Of a stretch of 64,000 bases of DNA, positions 1 to 10,400 are shown piece after piece (within the stretch, counting starts at the first letter, position 1; the number at the start of each line of letters is the position of its first letter). A program made the position numbers and the translations under genes. Location: positions 1 to 64,000 of the forward strand of contig CBFFRQ010000095.1 of assembly GCA_965644315.1 (NCBI GenBank), given 5' to 3'. The notes under the pieces are model-generated. The model had not been told where the DNA came from. It worked only from the letters and a program-made list of their open reading frames with translations, and did not search any database. Source of the DNA: Caecitellus pseudoparvulus. Taxonomy: Eukaryota; Protista; Bigyra: Bicosoecida.

Positions 1-1486
1 TAACCCTAACCCTAACCCTAACCCTAACCCTAACCCTAACCCTAACCCTAACCCTAACCCTAACCCTAACCCTAACCCTAACCCTAACCCTAACCCTAAC
101 CCTAACCCTAACCCTAACCCTAACCCTAACCCTAACCCTAACCCTAACCCTAACCCTAACCCTAACCCTAACCCTAACCCTAACCCTAACCCTAACCCTA
201 ACCCTAACCCTAACCCTAACCCTAACCCTAACCCTAACCCTAACCCTAACCCTAACCCTAACCCTAACCCTAACCCTAACCCTAACCCTAACCCTAACCC
301 TAACCCTAACCCTAACCCTAACCCTAACCCTAACCCTAACCCTAACCCTAACCCTAACCCTAACCCTAACCCTAACCCTAACCCTAACCCTAACCCTAAC
401 CCTAACCCTAACCCTAACCCTAACCCTAACCCTAACCCTAACCCTAACCCTAACCCTAACCCTAACCCTAACCCTAACCCTAACCCTAACCCTAACCCTA
501 ACCCTAACCCTAACCCTAACCCTAACCCTAACCCTAACCCTAACCCTAACCCTAACCCTAACCCTAACCCTAACCCTAACCCTAACCCTAACCCTAACCC
601 TAACCCTAACCCTAACCCTAACCCTAACCCTAACCCTAACCCTAACCCTAACCCTAACCCTAACCCTAACCCTAACCCTAACCCTAACCCTAACCCTAAC
701 CCTAACCCTAACCCTAACCCTAACCCTAACCCTAACCCTAACCCTAACCCTAACCCTAACCCTAACCCTAACCCTAACCCTAACCCTAACCCTAACCCTA
801 ACCCTAACCCTAACCCTAACCCTAACCCTAACCCTAACCCTAACCCTAACCCTAACCCTAACCCTAACCCTAACCCTAACCCTAACCCTAACCCTAACCC
901 TAACCCTAACCCTAACCCTAACCCTAACCCTAACCCTAACCCTAACCCTAACCCTAACCCTAACCCTAACCCTAACCCTAACCCTAACCCTAACCCTAAC
1001 CCTAACCCTAACCCTAACCCTAACCCTAACCCTAACCCTAACCCTAACCCTAACCCTAACCCTAACCCTAACCCTAACCCTAACCCTAACCCTAACCCTA
1101 ACCCTAACCCTAACCCTAACCCTAACCCTAACCCTAACCCTAACCCTAACCCTAACCCTAACCCTAACCCTAACCCTAACCCTAACCCTAACCCTAACCC
1201 TAACCCTAACCCTAACCCTAACCCTAACCCTAACCCTAACCCTAACCCTAACCCTAACCCTAACCCTAACCCTAACCCTAACCCTAACCCTAACCCTAAC
1301 CCTAACCCTAACCCTAACCCTAACCCTAACCCTAACCCTAACCCTAACCCTAACCCTAACCCTAACCCTAACCCTAACCCTAACCCTAACCCTAACCCTA
1401 ACCCTAACCCTAACCCTAACCCTAACCCTAACCCTAACCCTAACCCTAACCCTAACCCTAACCCTAACCCTAACCCTAACCCTAAC
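1..1486. repeat. Terminal telomere array (TAACCC)n = (TTAGGG)n on the minus strand, about 247 units
   Basis: Uninterrupted hexamer repeat from base 1 to ...cctaac|tttccaaatg at 1486/1487. The C-rich strand is on +, as expected for a left chromosome end. Confidence 0.99.
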
Positions 1487-4409
1487 TTTCCAAATGTCAA
1501 GCTAATCACAAGTTGTGAAGTGCTAACATTGCCTAATCCAGGCGCTCGTGCACCCAAGTGTGGTGTTGCACAGTGCTTGCTGGTTGGGTGGTGCGCACCG
1601 GGGCGGGGTAGTGCGAATTCCGCACACCATCGCACCGTGGCTCCCAGTTTGCGCCCTCGGTCGGGGCATGCACCTGGGATCGACATCAAAAGCATCATTG
1701 ACAAGCATCATGAACGCCCAAGTGGATCAAGTCCTGGGGGTCCTCTTCGTGGAGGGGTGCCTGAAGCGCAAGCAAGTGCTCGGCCCCAGAACAGGTGTCT
1801 TCACTGACATGCCACGTCGGGGTGCCGCACGCACCTTCGAGCTTGGAGGACCCCTGCCCAAGACTGATCATGATAGTTCATCTTCGGCACGGGACATGTG
1901 GCTCGAGGTCTATGGGGAAGCCGCCGAACGGCTGATCCCAGGGCTGAGTGCGGAATTCGGCAACGCCAATGCGGCCCTGCGCCAGGGACCCACCGGATCG
2001 CCAACCATCCTCGTCACGCTCGGAAGTGAGGGTGATTCACCAACAGTGGCACGTCAACTTCGCATTCTTGCTGCTCAAGAGGACGACTTCGCCATTCGAG
2101 TCGGCCAAGGTGGGTTCGTCGCCGTGGCCTACACCAACACCAAGCAGTTCGCATCGGCGAAGGCGAAAGTGAAGGTGAAGGCCCACCCCACCGCCATCCA
2201 AGTGGCCCACCAAGTGACCAAGGAAGCAACCGAAATCGCCTGCCAGTCAGGTGATGTTGCCAAGGTCATGTGCCTCGTTAGGTCCCACTTCGACCATGGC
2301 CCCGTGCCAGCCCAAGCCGTCCGTCCCAGTGTCAGACAATCCGTCCCCTCCGAGGGTGATGCACCTGTCGACACCAAGACACCATCGACCTGGACTGACA
2401 CTCAGCTCGACAAGGCACCGAAGAAGAAGAAGACCCGTCGAGGCAAGCGAGGAAAGGGCAAGTCAGCCGGACGATCCCTCACCTTCGAGGACGTCTTCAT
2501 CAAGAACGTCCGGCCACCTGCACCTCGACCAACCTCACCACCTGCCACCCAAGGCTCACCCAAAGATACCGTCACCACCCCTGTGGTGCATGCCATGTTG
2601 CCTTCATCAAGGGTGCAGCGGGGCGTCGACCGCAAGTGGCCGTCCCCCACCCCGTCGGGCGAGGCAAGCCCCGAGGTGCACCGGTATCGGCCGTCTGCAG
2701 CAGCAGCATGGGAGGTGATCACAAGGGTGGTGCCTCTTCATGACAGTGTGCGGACACCCGAGCACCTGGCCGAGTACCCCATCAAGCCTGGCCCTCTGGC
2801 CGACCTGCTGTCATCGACGCACGTGTACTCTACCGTGGGGGGCGGGCCTGTGTCCAGGCCTGTCTCGAGACGGCAGCAGGGGAGAGGGTCTTCGAGGCTG
2901 GGGACCTCCTCCTACTCCAGCATGCAGCCACCATCAACGCTGCCCAGCTTGCCTTCAAGCACATGGTCAGGCAGCTGGAGGGGGTGGTCAGTGACTCGTC
3001 CAGCTCGGACATCATGGACGTCGGCCAGAAGCCACCCTCCCCCTTCCGCTCAGACGGGCAACGGGTGGCCGTCTTCCGCAACATGCTGCACCAGCACTCG
3101 CCGGATGACACCTTCCTGGCCCCAGGTACACCACCAGTCCTGCTTCCCGGCCTGCACCTGCTCATCGACCGCATCAACCAAGGGTACCGTGCCCCAGCCG
3201 GGCATGATGACCTTGGCCAGGCCGGCGTCGACCCCAGCCAGGTTGATGAAGAGGGTGACCAAGAGGGGCACCTCGACGGAGTGCTGTATGCCTTCGCACT
3301 TCGAGAGGTGTGGACCGACAACACGGCCCATCTGCAGCTCATCCTCGTCGACCATGATCGAGGCAAGCTGGTGCTGTGGAACCCCGACATCCCTGACCTC
3401 CATGACGAGCTGCCCCTGCACAAGTGCATGACCCGGCTGGCAGCCGAAGGCATCAACGTCTTGTACCGGATCTGGACCACACCCGAGGCGGGCAGTCCAG
3501 CACCCTTCCGGGACAGGCTTCGAGGGGCACTCCAGTCTCTCCGAGATGACTTCCCCCCCCTGCCTCACAAGGCCACCGACGGCACCGTGCACCCCCAGAC
3601 CCTCATCGCTGGCAAGGGCACAAGGGTGGCCATGCCTCATGGGCGGATGACCCGACAGCAGGCCGCCACCCTGGAGGCTGAGGTCAAGGACCCCCTCAAG
3701 CGGCTGGTGCCTGAAGACGGCGAGGGTCGCCTGCCCAAGGTCAAGGATGTGCCCCACATCTCGATCGGGCAGATGGGTGGACGCCTGATGTAAGTCACCT
3801 GTGGGGGCATACTCCCTGTGCCACACATGACTGAAGCTTTGTGTCGCGACCGACGCACATAGCTGACATCGGACATTGGAAAGTCCAACCCAACCTCACC
3901 ATCACCAACCCAACATCGATACCAACACATCAGGACTCGGCTCAGTGGAAGGGGAAGGCACTTGCAGCAAGATCTGTGAGGCCGCCCCCAAACCTGAGCC
4001 GAAGGGACAGCCGGGCTGGGTCGTGTGCTTGCATCTCAGCAACACCCAGTCCGTGTCGAGTCCATATCCTCCAGCCCACACCGCCACCCAAGCCAAGCAA
4101 GTCGGGTCTCCACCCCTGGACATCGGACCGAGACGGACGAGACTGGACTGGACGGACAAGACAAGAGTGGACCGAGACCTGGACCTACACCTCAAGACCA
4201 TCCCACCGGGGCGGGCGCTGAAGCGCCAAGACAGACGGCGACTTATACAACGGACACGAGTCTGTGCTAGTCGCAAAGCCGTGCAAGCGGTGCCGTCGTG
4301 GTGTCTGTGTCACTGCATTCTGTTGTGGCGCAGGTGGCACCACATGTCCAAGCCCAAGCTGTACCATGATGTAGCCTGCATGGAGGCAATCTGCAATGCA
4401 TTGAGTAGC
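1487..4409 (+). mobile_element. Putative telomere-attached or telomere-inserted element (~2.9 kb), probably a non-autonomous or truncated retroelement
   Basis: Unique sequence bounded on both sides by telomeric repeats in the same orientation. ORFs on + run from the telomere toward the centromere, and the sense-strand 3' end joins C-rich repeats. No RT, endonuclease or terminal repeats were recognised. Confidence 0.55.
1710..3793 (+). CDS. Element ORF1, ~695 aa when joined across a -1 frameshift at the G6 run 2837-2842; unknown function, with basic KKKKTRRGKRGKGK segment
   Basis: The 1548..3431 frame reads protein-like up to ...LLSSTHVYSTVGG. The 2963..3793 frame is open from 2744 and reads protein-like from RACVQACLETAAGERVFEAGDLLLLQHAA. 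One extra G joins the two. The start may be ATG 1668 or 1710. Confidence 0.55.
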
Positions 4410-4412
4410 TAA
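3968..4412 (+). CDS. Possible downstream exon or ORF2 of the element, ending exactly at the internal telomeric tract
   Basis: Open frame 3867-4412 whose TAA stop is the first three bases of the telomeric tract. The GTAAGT donor at 3790 with CAG acceptors ending at 3967 or 4039 would splice it in frame to ORF1. Confidence 0.3.
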
Positions 4413-4473
4413 CCTAACCCTAACCCTAACCCTAACCATAACCCTAACCCTAACCCTAACCCTAACCCTAACC
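4410..4473. repeat. Interstitial telomeric tract, 11 units including a 5-mer (TAACC, 4410-4414) and a TAACCA variant (4433-4438)
   Basis: Read directly: gagtagc-taacc-taaccc x3-taacca-taaccc x5-taacc-atgctgtc. Confidence 0.98.
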
Positions 4474-7400
4474 ATGCTGTCAAGCATAGCCAAGTCAGCC
4501 CCTTCTGTGAGCGACAAGTGCAGCCCCCAAACTTTCAGGGAGCTGTCTCCGCACAACGCAGTCGTGTACGCTTCAATCAGCGTATCTGCAGTGAAGCCCT
4601 CATGAACGTGAAAGCTGCTCACGTTTGAGCCTGCTACTTTGCTCAGCTTCTGTAGAGCTTCGGTGGTTTTGCCACACCCCGGGCCGCCTGTGACGACCTC
4701 AAGTCCGGCCAGGTGTTGCATGTTCTGGCCAATGTCTGCAGTCAAGGACTGGATCTCAGCCTCTGAAGGCTCCCGGCACAGCTGCAGCTCGGAAAGGTCA
4801 GAGAATAACCCTTCACCTGCAGGAGAAGTAAAGATGAGGTGAACATGCACACGCAAAGATTGCCCGGCCACAGCAGCAGCGAGTTGCTCCAGCACAGTGG
4901 TCGGCAAGGTGTTGGGGGCAAGCACGTATGCGTAGCCAAAAGAGGCGTCAGCGCACGCCAAGCAGGACAAGAAGTCACTCATATCAGCAGTTGTTGTTGA
5001 GGCAGAGCATGAGAGCACTTGGTAGGGGGCGGGAAACGAATCCTCTTCTGCCCGGGAATGCAACAGGCACCCAGCAAGACAACTTCGCAGCGACGCGCCG
5101 GCACACTGCTGCCTGCTGGCATGGATGGGATCAGGCTCCTCCGGATACCGTTGTGCGCTTTGCAGGGCTTTAGCAAAAGCCTCAGCCGCCCAATTGAGTG
5201 CCTCACGTGCTGTGATCACTTGCGCCAACGACTCGCAGCTATCCGCCATGGAAGCTGCAGCAGCGCTGCGGTTTTCGGCAGCGGAGCCAATTCTTGCAGC
5301 CAAGTCAAACACCGCAACCAAAGAGTCCAAGTGCAAGTCCTTCTGAACTGCAGCCTTCTCTGCATCGGGCTCAGACTCGCTCGTGCCCTCTCCTGAGGCA
5401 GCACCGCCAGGAGCAGCCCTGCCCTTCGCCATGGTCAACACCAGTTCGAGGAGGCCCAGCAGCTGCTGTCGAGGCAAGTGAGACAGGTGTGGGGACAGAC
5501 TGCGAGCTTTCTCCAGCGCTTCTTTCCACGCTGTCAACTCCTCCTCCAAAAAGCCACAGAAAGCCTCCGTGGCCACAAGCAAGTTGCCTTCGTCAGATTC
5601 CACTCGCAGTGGGATGTCTCCCACCTTGGCCTGGTAGGCAGGATGCCCGAGCTGCTGCAAGTTGGACAACAGCGTCGCACAGAGCTGAGATGCTTCGTAG
5701 CTTGCGATGAAGTCATCAATCGCCTGATTCTTGACGGACGTTCGAGACAGACGCGCATTGAAAGCGTTCTCGTTCAACTGCTCTGGGGAGAGCACAAAGC
5801 TGGCTGATTCGCCTTGCGAGTACTTGAGCTGCACGCTTGCAGGACCACCCAGCGATGACGTTCGAGCGATGAAAGTTCCGCTTTCGACGAAAACGGGGGC
5901 TTGCAACAGAATTGCCCCGTTGCCAGAGCCTGACGATACCCCTTCCAACGCGTTCCGGAGCAGATCCCAGTTTGCCCCCAGCTCTTCAAGGCTGATCACT
6001 AATTGGTCAGCCGTGGCAAAGGGTCCATTCGTGACAGCAGTATTCAGAAGGTCTCTCAATTTTTCCAGAGTTAGACTCGAGTGCGCCGCTGCTCCACTTG
6101 CTCGCATGTGGGGCAGATTGGCCAGGAGGTCCTTCTGGCCCGCAAACTTGTCCAGAAGCTGCAAAACGAAGGGGTTCGCAGCTGAAGCTTTCTTCGCGAT
6201 GTCAATCTTCTCGTCCAAGCTTCCATCGTGCTCATGCAGGAAGTCCGCTACCTTCTGGAGCTCAGCCAGCGCTCTGATTCCACGGAGCTCGACCGAAGAG
6301 CAAGACGAAAAGGCGGCCCTGACTTCGTCAAGCAGCACCACGCAGTTACTCATTTGAATGCCTGCCATGTTGTTGATGCAGGGGGACAGCTTGGACTCAA
6401 CGCGCCCCGCTTCGTCGCCGGACCACACTCCGAACTTGAGAAGAGCCCGGATGCTCGAGAAGATTACACCTTTGAATGCCCACAGCTCTAAGCCAGCATT
6501 CAGGGCAGCTAGGCGAGCTTTGAGGCTGGCTGTGGACGACCCTGGCTCGAGCTGGAAGAAAGTCGCCACCGATCGCATTTCCGTTGAAAGATCCGCCGAG
6601 TCAAACTTGGTGTTTGTCAGCAACCCGGTGAGTTGTGTGCCTGTGAAATCTCCAAGCGTGCCCGTATCAGCCAGGACAAGCTCTTTCAATCCCTTGGTCG
6701 CTTCACTGACCCTGGCATTCACTCTCTTTTCAAGTGATTCCCCGTCGCGTGGACGAGCGCGCTCGTTTGCGGAAGACAGCAAGCTCAGAAACAGCTGATT
6801 CAGCGGGCTGCTAAAGTGGCGAAGGGCTGTGTATGTCTCATGGGCCACATTCAGCGCTGCGCGGGCTTCGCGCACACAGGCGGTGGCGTCACACAGCAAC
6901 ATCTCCGACAGCTCGTCCGGTGTGGCAAGGTCAGTCAGCACTGCGTCAGGCATGGCATCCTTCAGGAGGATGAGGACGGCACCATACTCGTGAAGCAGGG
7001 CCGTGGTCTCTGCAAGCTCTGCCTCACACGCTGTGCGAGCCTCCTGAAACGTGCCGGGCTCCTCAACGCATAAGCTGTCGAGCGCCAATGCGATGTCATC
7101 GTCCCACTCCTCTTGCCATTGCTGCACTTGCGATATAGAGACGCGTCGCTCTTGAAAGGAGATGAGCAGAGTACGAATGGACTTGCGGATACCTTCCACG
7201 CTTTGAAGCATGTCAGGTAGTTGTGGTGAAGCAGCTGTCGCAAGCAGCAGCTCAGCCAGTCGAGGTGCATAGTGCCAAGTCAACCAGCCAGCTTGACGAC
7301 CACTCTCCTCGATGCGCTTCAGGCAGTACAGCCCCAAGTCCTCTGATACAAACGACAAGGCTCCTTGCGTCTTCACAATTTGCTCCAGCACTGCTTTGAC

Positions 7401-10400
7401 AACTTCAAGCTGCGTGTCTATGTCTCCTGCACTTGACAAGAAGCAGGCGGCCAACGATTTGCACAGCTTGCAGTATGAGCCCTGCAAAGACGGGGACGCG
7501 CTGCCCAAGGCGTGCTCAGCTTGCAAAATTATGTCGCAGTTCAGCATACCCATGTTCGACAGCAAGGAGCGCAGGGCTCCTACAGGTGCGCTTTGACTGC
7601 CCAAGCGCGTGTCGAGTACAGCATCTGTGGAAGGGGCCCCAGAAGAAGCGTGCAGGGCCAAAAGGTGTGCGATAGCAGCAACCAGCTCCTTGTACTGATC
7701 CGAAGTTGGTGCCCTCGGGCCACTCAATGTGTCGCTCAAGACTTCCACCAAGGGATGCTTCAGCCGCTGTCCTAGCTTGTCCGCAGGCAGCTTGCATAAC
7801 TTGTTCCACACCGGAAGTGAGTCCCCCACAAAGTGCTCGACCGATGACCCAATCTCGCTCGTGACACCGTCTACACTCCGAAGGACTTTGGACAAGATCC
7901 ACTGGTGTGCAATCACAGCTGACTGTCGCACCTGGAGCAGAGGCAAGAGCGGGGCGAGTTGGGCACCAGGCGTCCCACAAACCCAGTTCCTACTCTCTGG
8001 GGACCACAGTTTAGCTCCAGCTTGCTTCACAAACCAGCCAGTAACCCCGTCAATTGAGAGCACGGTGCACAATGCAGTGATGCGGGAATCTTCTGGAGCC
8101 TCATCGAACACCTTCAATAAGCAGGTCCATGCCATTTTGAATAGCGAGATCGAAACAAGCATCGATGTTCCACCCTTTTCCGCCTTGAAAGTTGTTGCCA
8201 AGCGCACGAGCTTATTAATGGTGCCAGGAATCGCGGAGGGGTCCGCAAAGTGCAACGGCTCATAGCGCTCAGCCACGTACATCAAGACATCCTTCTTGTC
8301 CGACTCATCCAAAGCTGCCAAGGCGCTTCCATACAAAGGCTCCTGCAAGAAATCCTGAATAAGCTGCTCCGAGAATGACTCGAAGGTGTCTGCACTCGCT
8401 GTGCACAGATCAAAGCACTGCACCAACAGTTCCTTCGCAGCGTCCAGCCCAGCGTCCCCCTTGAACTCGGTATGCAGGCACAGCACAGCGGAGAGTGCAG
8501 ACAATGTTGATGCCTTCAAATTCCCACCTTCAGTTCCAGCTGCGGGCGCAGTCAGCAATCCCGTCCAGCCGAGGCTGTCATCCTCATGCAGAGCCCTTCT
8601 AAGCATGACAACCACCGTGGCGAGCACAATCTGCGTTGGCGCAGCCCAAGCAGCAGCTACGCATCCTTGTTCGATGCAGTCCTGCAGCAAGCTGGCAGCG
8701 GATGGTACGTAAGTCTCAAGGACTGCCAAGTTCTCAATGGTCCAATCCCGCAGTTCGCGAATAACTGCCGGCTGCATGGTCTCCAGCTCCTCCACATGCT
8801 GCGGAGTGGAAACTTCGAAAAAAGCCTTACAGGCACGCTCAAAGGCGCAGAGCACATGCCCCTTAACTTCGTCTCGAATGCCGTCGCAATGGAGAGTCAC
8901 CTGAAGTGCTGGAAGTAGGCCAATCATCTCGGATGGACCTGCTTGCTCAAGTGCCTGGCAGACCAGCTGTGCAAACTCTTCCTGGAAATGCTCCGCCCAA
9001 GAAGCCACATCAGTGAGCTCGTCAGCATGCTCATGTGACAGAAAAGCCACGCTGCCCTTGTTGCCGAGTTGCGCTGCACGGTCTAAGCGTTGCCGAAGGG
9101 CGACAAGAACCTCTGGGTCGACTATTGGAGACTCGAAGCCAGAATCACTAACGGAACCATCTGCCGTCTGAAACGAATCACTTTCGCTGTTTCCACGGTC
9201 ACGACTTGCAACGGGCGGCTGTTCTTGGCTTGGGATGCCCTCAACGCTGCCTTCAGAGTCAAGCTCGCACATCTGACCGCCACCTTGTGCAGACATTCCA
9301 AACCGTGAGCCGGCCTTGGTCACGAGGGCCTGAAGCGCGACACTGTCAGGCGGGCCCAGCTCATCTCCTCCACGCCCGTCTTGCTCTGCACCGGAAGATC
9401 TACGATCTGAATAAAGGCCGCCTTCCACTAATCTGCGGTGTGTGTGGCTGTCGGAAGCCTTGCCACCCCTCACCACCCACTTGCCCCCGCGCAGCTTGTA
9501 CGTCACACCCCCCACATCCACCACCCTCGCTTTCTTCCCATCCGACACCAACGCAGCACCATCGTCAAACACATAGTGCCTGATGACACTGTCCCACGTC
9601 ACTACATCTTTGAACTCCACGGGAACAGCAGGTGGTTCACCCGCCGGATCTGCTGCCGCCGCCGTGTCTTGAGATCCAGCACGTGGCGTCCTGGCATCCC
9701 CATCGCCAGCACCAGGCGACACAGCCACATTGCCACCGCCATCCTTGCCACCCCTCACCGCCCACTTGCCCCCGCGCAGCTTGTACGACACACCCCCCAC
9801 CTTGAAACTCTTCATGGCTTCCCCATCAGACACCAAAGCACGGCCATCATCCAGCACGTAGTACCCGATGTCACCGTTCCACGTCACCCTCCCTGTGTAC
9901 TCCGCTGGCACTGCAGGCGCCTCACACGCCGGACCTGCTGCCGCCGCCGTGTCTTGCGATCCAGCATGTTGCGTCCTGGCATCCCCATCGCCAGCACCAG
10001 GCGACACAGCCACACTGCCACCGCCGCCACCTTCAACACTCTCCTGCCCCGACTCCGCTGGCACTGCAGGCGCCTCACCCGCCGAACCTGCTGCCGCCGC
10101 CTTGTCTTGCGGCCCAGCATGTGGCACCCCACTATCCCTCTCGCCAGCACCAGGCATCACAGCCGCACTGCCACCGCCACTTTTCGCCATCCACTTGCCC
10201 CCGCGCAGCTTGTAAGTCACACCCCCCACATCCACCATTCTCGCTTTCTTCCCATCCGACACCAACGCAGCACCATCGTCAAACACATAGTGCCTGATGA
10301 CACTGTCCCACGTCACTACATCTTTGAACTCCGCGGGAACAGCAGGTGCCTCAAGCGTGCCTTCACGTTCTGCATGTGGCGTCCCACCGTCCCTCTCGCC

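Noticed and set aside
3318-3390. NTAHLQLILVDHDRGKLVLWNP in element ORF1 resembles the His-containing strand of Ulp1/C48 cysteine proteases carried by some retrotransposons
   Set aside because: No HW dipeptide and no downstream Q-x-N/D-x-x-DCG catalytic Cys motif; too weak to call without a profile search.
2850-3431. C-terminal third of the 627-aa ORF 1548..3431
   Set aside because: Ser/Thr/Arg-rich off-frame translation; the overlapping frame reads as the real protein.
3711-3745. CTGAAGA followed by a hairpin (ggcga-ggg-tcgcc), suggestive of a hammerhead ribozyme as found in Penelope-like elements
   Set aside because: The required GAAA after stem II is missing, and the motif lies within coding sequence.
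1487-4409. Reverse transcriptase, endonuclease, LTRs/TIRs or a poly(A) tail in the element
   Set aside because: No YxDD-type RT context, GIY-YIG/APE/RLE motifs or terminal repeats could be seen in the translated frames.
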